NCBI GenBank assembly: GCA_026770705.1
Contig: JANJGN010000089.1
Span: 1,364,001-1,428,000 of the forward strand
Reading direction: 5' to 3'
DNA length: 64,000 bases
Source of the DNA: Isurus oxyrinchus
Lineage: Eukaryota
Below are positions 51,706-63,900 of the stretch, piece by piece; the stretch's first letter is position 1; every line of letters starts with the position of its first letter. Both the position numbers and the translations under genes were made by a program. The notes under the pieces were generated by a model. That model was not told where the DNA came from, did no database searches, and was given only the letters and a program-made list of their open reading frames with translations.

Positions 51706-52570
51706 AAATCACAGCATCCCCAAGTTCTTGTCGGGGTCGCTAGAGGACATGGAGCGTCAGTGATCAGGCGATGGAGTTTGTGGTGGGGATGAGGATAACG
51801 ACCGTGAATTCAGCACAAAAGATGAAGCTTACAGCTTCAGTTATGACTTATGATAAAAGAGAAATTGGTAGAAAGGTCATCCCCACCCAGCCAGTGGCAG
51901 TGCCCAGGCAGCAGCATTGCCTCTTAGGGATGTCAGCCTCTCTGGAGGGCCGAGTCAGAGTTGATTTGTGACGACCAAATGGCTCCATACAGGAGTCATC
52001 CAAGTGGCGTTATGATGGACAGTCGAGCTGCACCAGTTTAGCCTTATTCCGGACTATGAGGGAAGGTGAAGCGCTGGAGCTGGGAAGCCTAGAATCTGGG
52101 CAGCAATTACTGATGGTGAGATGGGTTGCGGAGCTGAGAGAGAGAGTGGCCTAATGGATGGACACAGGAGAGCCTCTGGTCACCACAAAACATCGTGCTC
52201 ATGTGTGCATCACTGTTCACAAACAATAATCTGAGGTTGGTGTTGTAAAGAGCATTGCCCTCGAACCACTCTTCTTGCTATCGCAAATCAAGGACTCCTG
52301 TGACCGGGGAACAGACCATCTCTGAGGAGGAGGAGGGGTCCTTTATTCCCCTGCACCCTCAGCACACATTCTGTGCGACGGACATGCCATAGATGGGATT
52401 AGAGACAGACATTACATGAATCAGAGTAAATGGAGAATTTTTTAATTTATAACTTTATCACAGGCACCAATAAAATTGGACAGCCTTTATTTATTATACG
52501 TAATTGTGCTGACATTGTTTTGTTTTCTATCCTGCTCTTATAAACATAATATCACACAGTCTGTACTTAC

Positions 52571-52741
52571 TGCAGTTTCTGTATTTTACAGTCCGGATAC
52601 CTCACAGCCTCAGACAATTTTTTCACCCCTGAATCTCACAATTTATTAAGATCAATGCTCAGATACGTCAATGACCAGCTGGTACTGAGACCAGAGGCGA
52701 GATCTCCGGCAGCAGAACTTGTGAGATCGTTATGTCACAGG
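52571..52741 (-). pseudogene. NLR LRR exon (171 nt, two stops)
   Basis: cttcag|L*HNDLTSSAAGDLASGLSTSWSLTYLSIDLNKL*DSGVKKLSEAVRYPDCKIQKL|gtaagt. Confidence 0.88.
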
Positions 52742-54499
52742 CTGAAGATCAGAGGGAAAAAGATAACAGGGATCAGAGTTAAATCAGCTTTTTTTAAAGA
52801 CCAATAATTACGACAATAATACATTGTGTGCAAAATTCAAGAAACAACTTCCATTTATCTAGTAGATAAAATACTATCGTTGGTGTAAACCTGAAATCTA
52901 TATAGAATATACTTGAAATACTCAGCAGGTCAGCCAATATCTGTTGAGAGAGAAAAAAAGAGTTAACTGTTTCTATCAATGCGCTTTCAATAGAATTGAA
53001 AAAAAAAATCAGCTCGTCAACATCTATTCAGCAACAGGGAAATGGGGATGGGAGGGTGGCAAGGAAAGGACAAAATGGCAAAAAGGATGATGATATAGCA
53101 CAAAAGCGCAGGATTCCATGTCCTTATCCAGGTTCCTAGGGAGGGGTATGGGATGGTCAATGGCTCTGGAATGGAGTTTGTGATGGGGCTGAAGATAATG
53201 ACTGGAATTTTACCGGAGGGTGCGAAGGGCTGATCAGATTGTAAGTGGATATTTGGACGTAGAGTCAGGGTAGTCAGTGTTATGAATGCAATATTATCAC
53301 AGCTGACAGGTGGGAGGAGGCGTCCACTTCGGCGGTGCAGATGGGGGACATCCTGGTTCAGATAATGCTGGCGCCATCTGTAAAGGCAGCCAGCAGTACT
53401 TTCAAACACAGCAGCTCTGGAGGAACTAGCAAGGGAGCCCTCGTTACTGAATGAAGAGCTGAAATGGCAGAAGACAGATCAAGGGTTGCACGCTGATGAG
53501 TGCTGCATGCAGGAGACATGCATTTGCTGCCATGCGGGAGAGTCAGGCTGCCACCAGTATAGGCTAGTGTGTCTCTTTGATGGGCGAGTTACATGAAGAT
53601 TTATCTGCTTGCAGATGAAACAGCTGATGAGAGGGCATGAGCCAAGCTGGGTCGCTCTGCCCGGATCACCTCGTCCTTAGACCCATGGAAATTCAGACAC
53701 ATGTCCTGTTAGATCTGGAGGCAGGGCGGGCAATCACAGATGTTGAGGTGGGTTTTGGAGCTGAGAGAAAGAATGCCCTAATGGATGGAAACAGGAGACC
53801 CTCTGGTGAGCAGAAAACAAACGTTTCCCTTTTAACACTACTTTTCCTTTCACAGTTCGAGGACTGTGAGCGGGTGACAGCCATCCACCTCTTAGGACGG
53901 GAAGTGGACCTCAGAGGGTGCATCGTCACGTTATTCCCCTCGCACCCTCCTCCAGTGCAGGTAACATCACGTCGGCAAATAGTCACATTCCATAAGTAAA
54001 GGAGTCAAAATCTGGTGAACAGCACAGACACGCCCAAGCAGCTGACAAAGACAATAATACCCAAGGTCACTCGTACTTGGAGGGCTATGGGAGGGAAAGG
54101 CAATGTCAAGCTTCAGGATGATGACATATCACCAACGTCTTCAAAAAGGCAGCATGTGTTGGAATTGAGCATGAGGTATGTGAACAACTGGCAGAGCTTC
54201 AAAAAGCTATTTACAACAAGAAACAAAGGATGTAGAAGTTAATTCAGTTTTTGAGTATTGGTCTGTCCCGAGAATGACTGCCCTAGCAATCCTCTACTGA
54301 GAGATTGTTGACCTTGATGTACAGTCAATCCAGCGGAGCAACGATTGGAGTTTCACACTTACCTGCATGTCATCAGCATCTCCGTGAGCAATGGCTAGGT
54401 GAGAGGGTGTGATGTGACTGGAGTCACCACCAAGTCCTCGGAATCCTCACTTGAGCAGGGAGGGTCCGGTGTGCCCTGAAAATGTATAGGAGTGCAGGA

Positions 54500-54800
54500 G
54501 ACAGAGAGATACTCAGAAGACAGATGTACACAGACACACAGACACGCACACACACATACACACAGACACACAGATGCACACAGACAGAATAGACACGCAC
54601 ACACTTACTCTCAGAGATGCACACACTACTCAGAGACGCACACACAAAGACACACACAGAGACACTCACACTTACAGAGACTCACACACAGACATACACA
54701 CTCACAGACACACACACAGAGTCACACACACACAAACACATACCCAGAGACACACACACTCAGGGAGACACACACAGAGGGATACATTCACACACGGTAC
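54500..54800. repeat. Compound (CA)n/(GA)n microsatellite
   Basis: cacacacagagac runs. Confidence 0.9.
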
Positions 54801-55014
54801 AATCGACAGTGAGATCAGTAAAACATCCAAAGACACAACCTCAGTAAAAAAAAACAGTCTCTTTCCACTCCCTGTGTTTCGTGGGGGACGAGGGCTACTG
54901 CCAGTGTTTTAGGGGTTTGTGTGATATCAGGGTTTGGAACTGGAGTAACACAATCAACAGGGTAAGAAATTAGATTTAAACTTATCCCAGAAATTAAGAC
55001 AGGCCCTTGTTGAA

Positions 55015-55225
55015 ACCATGCCTGTCCTCGATTAACACATCAATTGACAGTATCAGCAAGGTGTCATGTCCTGGGATCAACATTCATTGGACAGGATCAA
55101 TAAGGTGTTCTGTTTGGGATTAACATTCAGTGGACAGGATGAGCAAGGTGCCCTGTCCTGGGATTAACATTGAATGGACAGGATCAGCAAGCTGTCCTGT
55201 CCTTGGATTAACATTCAATGGATGG
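55015..55225. repeat. ~44-bp tandem repeat, ~4.5 copies
   Basis: Unit gtcctgggattaacattcantggacaggatcagcaaggtgtcct. Confidence 0.8.
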
Positions 55226-55444
55226 GGCGCCTAGGGGAGAGATTGAGAGGCATTCCAGTCATGTCTGAGAATCAAGGGTTGGAGTCTGTATACAGCTCAC
55301 TCAGGATAAATGTGCATCAGGATATACCCAAACCAGTCCAAAACCAACAAACTCCCTGTTCACTCTCTCTCTCTGGAGAGAGTGAACACCCTCCCAATAC
55401 TGGTTCAGTGTGTGTGTATGAGTTTTTCTATGTGTCTGAATGCG

Positions 55445-55700
55445 CGTAGGCTCTTTCCATTTAGGTTAGGAGAGATAAACACAAGAGGGCATGGCTGTAG
55501 GGTGAAAGGGGAAAGGTTTAGGGGGAACATTAGGGTGAAATTCTTCACTCAGAGAGTGGTGAGAGTGTGGAACGACCTCCCATCTGACGTGGTAAATGCG
55601 GGCTCTCTCTTAAGTTTCAAGACTAAATTGCATAGATATGTGGATAGGAGAAGTCTGGAAGGTTATGGGCTAGGGGCAGGTCAATGGGACTAGCAGAATA
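55445..55700 (+). mobile_element. Short, young CR1 3' insertion
   Basis: Open frame RLFPFRLGEINTRGHGCRVKGERFRG..FFTQRVVRVWNDLP..EGYGLGAGQWD*. Confidence 0.9.
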
Positions 55701-56210
55701 ATACGGATATCTCTAGTAAAGTTAATTGTAGAGCAATATTATCACCAGAATTATTAACGCTGGGTCATCACGATGTGACGCCACAGAAGACAGAAAGTTT
55801 AAGTTACGTAATTACAGTCCAGAAGGCGTTCACATTCTGCAATGTCTCAGTAAATATCGCAGCGGAATAATATGAAGCTCATAGAATCCAAGGTTGTCCT
55901 GGAGAGATGTTCCTTTCAACATTCAAAGGGCTATGCGCAGAATACATTTCCTCTGTGGTTACTTTCCGATCATTAATTTTAATTGACAAAGTTTCTGGAA
56001 CTGAGCTGATAAATTTCCCCAATGAGGCCCCGGGGTGTCGGAACAGTGAAATAATCCGCTTGTTTGTGAAGTGACGATGACTAATCCGAATTATTGTGTA
56101 AACTGATTTCCTCACGGGGAGACAAATTGACCTGTACAGTGGGAAACATTTCTGGAATCTCAGCACAATTAGAAAACTGAGTGAGCTCTCACATCGTTCT
56201 AAAAAAAAAC

Positions 56211-59200
56211 ATGATCCAGCTAATGATCCTACAAGTAACGAATATTTACTACCCAATTCTGGCAGTCTTTGCTATTCCCCTAATTCAGTGTTGTCCAATA
56301 GCTTTTGGCTATTTCACTGCTAGTGATTATGTGGCTGATTGCGGGAATGTCTCACTGCCGGCACATTTATCTACGGGGATAAATTGCTGAATAGCAGCGG
56401 GAGCCCTAGCCCTTTGCGGTGTAAGCTGCGATGCTGCTCAGTACATTTTGAGCACCTCACACTCCTGTTCACATTGAAGAAGATGGAGGTTTATTTCTCG
56501 GTCTTCCAGAGGTTCATTGGCCACTAAACAATGTGCTGCTTAGAATCCAAGGTAACCATCTGAGAGGTAATGTGGCCCATTGTCTAATTTACAGTGATAA
56601 TTCCAAGAGCTGCAGCGTCCTGCGCCCAGAAGGGGACGGGAGGATATTTTGATCAACAGGAAGCTGTTCGTCATTCCTCCATCGGAAAGAATTGTTTGTG
56701 ATGTCTCGGTTCAGTTCAGTTCCTGAGCGAATCTTTCAGATCGATTACGGATAGGAAATGGGCACCGTTTTGAAATACTTTGGATAGTCTTTTTTTTCAG
56801 AAGAAATTTTTATTTGAATTTATTGCTTCCTGTAATGGCCTGGGAATTATATTGAACACCACTGGTATCTGATATCCTCCTGAAGAATCGCCATCTCCAA
56901 ATTAGCAGACGGAGCAGACTGTAAAATTCTGTTTAGTGTAACATGGATGCTTAGTGGCAAATTGTCAAATTTGCTCAGTGTCTCAACGGCAACGGGCTGA
57001 TGGCAGGAAGGTTGAATATAAGGAAAACCGTTTATTATTTGGCTGTTGAAATTCAACAAGTTAAAAATGTATCCAATTTTCCCTTTATGAAAATTCTATA
57101 TGATAACCTGGTTGCCCCTGCGAGGCACTCACGGATAGCCTTGCACTGAACTGTTCCATCAAGCCTCATTCCAGTGCCAGGGACGAAGTTTGTTTAAAGG
57201 GAAGAGAGGATTATATATGACGGAGGGCTGATCCGAATTAGCCGGTTTCACACTCTTTCCTAAGTCACCATTAGCCACACTTGAGGCATCGAAGCCCAAA
57301 TGTGGTTGTCATAGGAGGAGTTTGGGGGATACTCTCCAAGACTGAAGTTTCCAGACTGAATTCGAGAGACATTTATTACCACATCATGAAAACTTCAGAC
57401 TGAAATTCAATGGGAGGCGGCAGAAGCCTAATCATTAGACAATGATTTACTGTCTCCACTTGAGGATCAATTACCTGAAAGAACCGAACTTCCCCAAGGA
57501 GCCCGATGGAAGAAACCAATGGACACGATGTTACTTTTTAAAACATTTATTGTAAATGAAAAAAAAAACAAAGTCAAAACATATATAATTAAATGCTAAT
57601 TGTATTCAGTAGAAAGTATTAATTATAGTTGAAGTAGCTGACACAACAATGGAAAGTCTCACGCATTTCTCGCCTAGTTCCAAGCACATATTTTGCACTG
57701 TGTTTAGTCCAAATGTCTCTCACAACTCCATCATGGTCTAGCGTGCTCAACTATTCTTCACGCAGTGTCCGATTCTCAAGTGTTCTCCAACAGCTGTATG
57801 ATTCCATCCCAGCTCCACGGATATGATTATAATCAACAAGGCCTAACTCTGTGAAGCATCTTTCTCTCGGGTCACTACAGGCCTGATGGCTGAGGATTAA
57901 CACATGCACTCTCACCTAACATCCCATAACTCTCTAGTACACACTCTGATCAGCTCTTGGTAATCTCACAGATTTTCACGAGTTTTAGACACACAGCTTT
58001 AGCAAGAGCCCATGGACATGGCCCTGTTCTGCTGAAAATTAATTGAATACATATATCCCGTCTCCAAGTCTGTTTGTATTTCCCAATCAGTTTCAGTTTT
58101 CTTAACAATTACGTGCACAGCGTCATTTCCCAGAAGTCTGATGTCAACTTTGGAGATCCTAGCATGCTTCTTGTCTCTGTTTCACCTAAGGGCTTTCACA
58201 AAAATACTGTCTTGGAAACTATTTTAGCACAATAGAGTGCATGTTCGTATATTTATTTAGGAAGTTCAAAAAACACAAGCCAATATTATAAATCAAATAT
58301 ATGGATATAACGCCGAGTAGAAATGCACTGAAACATTTCTTATAATGTTCTGTGGAATGTACCTGAGTGCCCATGCTACCTACTTACTCTCCCTTTTTCC
58401 CACAGCGAACCTGATGACAATCGAGATTCTCTCCAGAGGAAACTGCGGCCTTTCAAAATGCATTTCTTTCTATATGGTGTCCATGGCAACAGCCATCTAC
58501 TGCTCATGCTCAACAATGTTCTCGTGCATAAAATCCTGGGTATGCATTTTCCACAAATAATCATGCACTATACACCCATTTGCAAGTTCATAATGTACAC
58601 AGTTAATACCTACGTGTATTTATCGGTCTGGTTTACATTCTCCTTCACATTTGACCAGTTTGTCTCCATATGTATTTACAAGTTTAAGACAACATATTGC
58701 ACAGTGCGAACGAAGGCTACAGTTCAAACATCAATCTGTACCCTCTCGTTTTTAGAAAACATACCATATTGGTTTGCATTTGAACCTAAGCGAACAGTTA
58801 ACAATGTTCAAAGGAGTCTCCAACACAGCCTGGAATTATACACATCTCCTTTTGGTGTGCATTTACTTGACTACAAAGCATTTTATTGATTTGCATTCCT
58901 TTCCCTTTGATATTGCTTCTTAATTCTTTGACAGTCAGATGGATTTTAGTAGCCAGACGAGCACGTAAGGAGCTCCGGGGTCAAAGCAGCGAGAATCAGA
59001 GTGATCCGGAAATACAGAACCGAAGGAAATCTATTATTTTACTGTTCACTGTATCAGTTAGTTTTATAGTGTTTTGGTTGACAGCGGTCGTTTGTTCCTT
59101 AGTCGGTGGTTTGCTCCTTCATGTACGCCCGGATTATACAGCTCCTGTGTACATCGCCCATTAGAGCGGACACATGCCCATGTATTTGAGTTCATGCACA

Positions 59201-59365
59201 AACACGGTTATTTATGCGGCTGCACAAATTAAATTCAGGGAAGAGCTGAAGAAGATAGCGACGTTTCCTTGGACACTAATTTTGATACTGATTAAAAAAT
59301 GCAAAATGATACCAACTCTCCACGTTCTAATAATAGTTAAATTGTATCCAACGTTTCAATTCTGA
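56211..59365 (+). pseudogene. GPR139-like class A GPCR pseudogene, copy B (exon 1 56211-56280, exon 2 58406-59365)
   Basis: Exon 1 MIQLMILQVTNIYYPILAVFAIP with the donor lost (ctaatt vs gtaagt). Exon 2 after cccacag: NLMTIEILSRGNCGLSKC..SVWFTFSFTFDQFVSIC..DPEIQNRRKSIILLF..YLSSCTNTVIYAAAQIKFREELK. Frameshifts at ~58495 and ~58860, stop at 59162. Confidence 0.9.
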
Positions 59366-59899
59366 ATGGTGGCCTTTGTGCAGCAATGACAATGTATTTT
59401 TATTTAAATGGAATCAGAAACCACTTTTCCAATTTGTTTCATTTATTTAATGTCTGCTGATTTTCCACGGGGATTATACTAGTAGTTTTTCTATATATAT
59501 TTTGTCACGCGGGTTACGTCATTAACATGCTTCAGAATTGGAGTAAAACCTCTCTGTGTTGCCCCTATCTCCCTTGCAAGGCAGGTACTTAAATGTGAAG
59601 CGCCAGTTTAATGAACAGCGACGGTCCTAACACTTCCAATGCCCGCAACAGTGAATTTAAGTTCCAGTTGCGCATTCCAAACACTGCGGGCGTCCTGTCA
59701 CGTGCACAGGTGCTGAAATGGCTACGGAAATTGAAATTCCTGATTGGTTGAATTGTGCTGCCCTCGGCCCGCTGTCAACGTCTGCCACTCTCAGCTCAGG
59801 ATAAGAGGATTGGGGGTCAGACATACGGGACTTGCCTGCATACTTATGTTGCAACTGTTAGGCTGGTTAAAACTTTGGTATAACTCACAGGTTAATCAG

Positions 59900-60520
59900 C
59901 AGAACTGAACTGCACAACACATCCAACACCCCAACTCAGCATCACCTGCCAAACCTGGATAAATCCTCAGCCCTGACAGCCTACCCGATCCGAATGCCCA
60001 CCCGAAGCAACGGCCGAACCAACATAACTACTCTCTCTCCGACCCAATTACGCCCTCCAAGTCGACTACTCCTTACCCAATTAGCACACCCTGCCCTCGC
60101 AACCTGATTGCCCTTTCCCGATTTGGCTACTTGCCACACAATGACACTCTCTTGCCCAATTACGTATCAACCTGACTACACACCCGACTCAACGTCCCAC
60201 CTGAAGCAAAACAACTACACAGGGTCGGAGTGTCCAGCCAAACCAATTACCCACCTGTGTCACCCGACTGCTCACCGAAACTGATTACCTACTTATGAGA
60301 CCTGATTGCCCATTCAACCCGATTACCCATCTCCATGACCTGACTGCTCACACAACCTGACTGTTTATTCTAGCCAACTAGCTACCCATATCTGACCCGA
60401 CAACCCATGCCCAACTTAATACCCACCCCAAACTGACAACCCACTGACCCAACAGCCCAACTGACTTCAGTTCCCCCATGATCCGGCTACCGACCCCCGA
60501 CCCAACTACTGATCATAAAT
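59900..60520. repeat. Degenerate acccgactacc-type short tandem repeats within an insertion
   Basis: Recurrent cccgac / cctgac / actacc motifs; the block is absent from duplication copy A. Confidence 0.55.
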
Positions 60521-62559
60521 GACATTTAAGTTACTGCTTCCCAAATGCTGATTTGACAGCAGCCGGGAGGGCAGGATAATCGGACCAAGGTTGTCATTAC
60601 CTTTCTGCACTTCTCTGTGATTTGGGTCAAATGGCCTGTGAGCTGCGAAGGGTTTGCTGCTCTTTCAGAGGTGCAAGTGCAGTTTAAATTAGTGGATTTA
60701 TAAGAACTGGTGGAATGTGTAAAAGACAGATGAGACTGAAGCTTGTGTCAGTTTCATGATTTTTCTGTATTGGGGCTCAGCAAACAGTTGAAGCTATTGG
60801 GTTATCCTCTTTGCACCTGGACACGACCATCCACCAAGCTTGGCTGGACCATCGACCCCAATGCTTACCCGACCGGGCTGCTCACCCGACCGGCCTATAC
60901 CCCAACATACTGCCCACCCTGCCCAAACTGTCCAGATGACCTGACCATACAATTGACCCGAATAAACCCTTGACCCCAATATATTTGACTGGAATTAATA
61001 AGATTGTCATTAAGTTTGTCCATGTTGTGTTATATTTCTATTTTGTAGTAACAGCTATCATTAGCCACTGAAATATCATTAGGCTATTAGGCGAGAACTG
61101 ACCCTGCAGCAAAGATCAGTTTCGGAGGGCAGCTGTTCATGATCCTGCCAATCAACTTCCATCTGTTATTTATTTACTTATCCCATCATCTACCACTCAG
61201 TAAACACCATGAATCTGCGAACTCAAGTTCTATTTTCAAGTCACGGCATGAATCAGCAGCTCCTTGGCTCAGGGATTAATTTATTTTTCTTCTTTCATTG
61301 AGTAAAAGTTGAAAGATGGTGAATGCCGTTCACGTTCCTCCCTGTTCCTGCTCGCCAATATTACAATTGTATTCCTCTATATCTCTGCTTGGCTTTTGAA
61401 CTCCCTCCTAACCCTCTTCAATTTCCCTCTGTAAACCATAGCTGAGACCCTATATTTAAAACATTGACTGTCCCTTTGCCGTCCTCCTTCCTCATGATTG
61501 CAGGAAGGATTCGATATTTTTATTTTTGTAACTTTGAACGGTTAAGACCGGACCATATACCTTTGCCGCTGGCTGGGATTCCTGGACATAGGGCCACAGT
61601 CACAGTAGGAAAATTCGAGATTTCTCTGCTGGAATTATAAAACAATTCTACGCACATAGGGAGCAGGACTTCCGAGCACGCCAATTTCTATTTAACCCAT
61701 GGCTTTATTTTAAAAAGCAGGTTCAAAGTGTTATCTTAAACGAGGTTCTTAACGAATATGAGGGGTAAACGAACATATGGAGGTACACGCCAACCAACCA
61801 GGATCTCAGAATAACGAACATACACCAGCGAATAAAGGGTCTTAACAATAGCAAATCTCGACGAACAGTGCCTGGTTTTTCAATGGGGTACGACAGCGGC
61901 GTCTGGTTTCAACGTTTAATTCGACAATTTTAGATCCAATCTTCTGCCTCAATATTGTTTGTCATGTTCTTTTCTTTATTCCTTCGTGTTAAATTCGCAC
62001 AGTTGCTAAGGGGCCATTCACAGCCTCATGTGGACACAGCTATTATATTTTCTTCCTACAGGCATTACAAAATGTTTGTAACCATGAAGTGTGCCCCCCC
62101 CCCCCCCCCCCCGCCCTCCAACTCCCATTGACAATCTGTTTCGTACATCCCACCCCCTCCCGCACTCCACTGGTAGAAAAGATGTTGTTTTCACATATTT
62201 CTTCAATTTTGATAAGACATTATTGACCTGGCCTTTTGTCTCCTTAGATGCTCTATGGCCTGCTGAATATTTCCGGAGCTTTCTGTTTATTCATCTTGTA
62301 GTTTTCCAGTGTCTGTACTACTGTCCTTTTCTACCTGGAAACATATTGGAAAGAATCCTGAACAAAATTCATATTCCTCACTCTCACTCCTCGCCAATCT
62401 TTCAGTTTTCTTGCTCTGCAACTCTGTTTGCTTGTTGAACTCACGCCTAACGCTCCTCAGTTCTGGACACTAAAACACAGCACACGACCTATTTTGAAGC
62501 CACTGACTGCCGCTGTACCGAATCTTCCCTCGTGATTTTTGCAATTATTTGATCCAAGG

Positions 62560-62880
62560 TTTCGGGTTGCAAGAAGAAACATAAGATCAATCCAAGAATC
62601 TATTTCCACTTCCTTGAAGACTCGCATGAAGGGCCATAGTTTAAAAATTAAAGCCAGGGATCCCAGCATGGAAATTATGAAACAATTCTACACACAAAGG
62701 ATGCTGGAACTTCAGAGCTCCCATTTAGATACAGAAAATAATGCTCGAGTAACTGTTTTACTTTAAATCTGAGATTCATAGAATTTTGTCAGAGGGTATT
62801 AAGGACGATGAGGCAATGGCGACTATATTGAGATAGTCACAAATCAGGCACAACATCATTCAGCATGTTCTAGGTGCTTA
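62560..62880 (+). mobile_element. CR1 3' fragment
   Basis: TRMKGHSLKIKARD..KQFYTQRML. Confidence 0.7.
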
Positions 62881-62884
62881 ATGG

Positions 62885-63120
62885 CGTTAACAGCAGCAAA
62901 CATCGAGGAACATCACCTCGTGTTCCAACTGGGTAATCTGCAGCTTCCTAGACTCAACATTGAGTTCAACAATTTAGATCCTAACATCTGTCCCCATTTT
63001 CTTTCTAGCGTGTATTTGCTGGTTTGGTTTGTCCCGTTTCTTATTTTAACCTCCATGTTACATTCGGGAGGTTGCTGTGCTGCCGTTCACAACCTCATCT
63101 GGGCATATATTTTGTGTGCA
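62885..63120 (+). mobile_element. Penelope ORF C-terminal fragment
   Basis: EEHHLVFQLGNLQLPRLNIEFNN (consensus EEQHLIFRLG.LQP.GLNIEFNN). Confidence 0.7.
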
Positions 63121-63129
63121 ATATCATAA

Positions 63130-63900
63130 CCACAGAATGACAGAAGCTCAGAACTGCCACAGCGCAGGTGAATGTCATTGACCCATCATGTCTGCACCAT
63201 TTCTCTGAATGAGCAATTCACTTTGTGTCATTACCCGCCACGTTCCTTTATGAACGTTCTTCATTTCCAAATAACAGTCTTATCTTCTTTTCAATGATTC
63301 CCTTGAACCTCCCTCCACCTCCTAGGGGGTGCATTCCAGGCCTAAGCATTTTCTTCAAAAAAAGACTTTTTTTTCTATTTTTTCCTCCGTTTCACTTTTG
63401 ATTTTTGTGGACAAATACTTTAAATCTGCATCAACTTGATCTTGATCATTTCATGAACGGGAACACTCCCAGGCCTCTCATAATTTTGAATCCCTCTATC
63501 AACGCTCAGTTCAGCCTCTTTTTCTCCCAGGGAATCAGTCCTAACTTCTCAAATATATCTTCGTGACTGATGTTCCTTATCCCAAGAAGCATTCTCGTGA
63601 TTTTTTTTCTGCCCTCTTCCCAACATCCTTCGCATCTTCACATCCTTCCTAAAGAGCAGCGACCAGAACCAGAGGGGATGCACCAGCGGAGACTGAAGTA
63701 AAACCTTCTGCAAAAATTGTTTATGTTATTCCCATTACAATACTCTTTGTTTATTTATATCATTAAGTATGTTGTCTCCTGTCCTCACAGGCAATCGCAT
63801 TCGAGGTGATCCCACAACCAACGGATCAGATTTACGCACTGTAAGCCTGCCACATGCATTCATGGATGGTGGTGGACAACACCTACTGGAGAAGGAGGCT
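63130..63900 (-). mobile_element. Old CR1 3' fragment
   Basis: Decayed CR1 3' motifs (ctctcataattttgaatccctctatc; ttcctaaag..gaccagaac). Confidence 0.55.

Larger units (their letters stand above)
38961..52741 (-). pseudogene. NLR-family (NLRP/NLRC3-like) gene 3' half: four LRR exons and a terminal exon, disabled
   Basis: Phase-2 exons of 171, 171, 167 and 168 nt encode ribonuclease-inhibitor-type LRRs (L..N.LT.SC..DLAS.LS...SLT.L.L..N.LGDSGVK.L..AL....CK.Q.L). Stops, frameshifts and broken acceptors are present. Confidence 0.85.
55780..61135 (+). repeat. Segmental duplication copy B (inverted paralogue of 8760-13300)
   Basis: Colinear reverse-complement similarity to copy A across upstream DNA, exon 1, intron, exon 2 and downstream, with an extra ~59830-61000 block. 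Confidence 0.85.

Noticed and set aside
54395-54912. His/Thr- and Cys/Val-rich ORFs
   Set aside because: Translations of the (CA)n microsatellite.
56211-59365. Functional GPR139 orthologue
   Set aside because: Lost splice donor, two frameshifts and a stop, and it is one of several paralogues, so no gene symbol was assigned.
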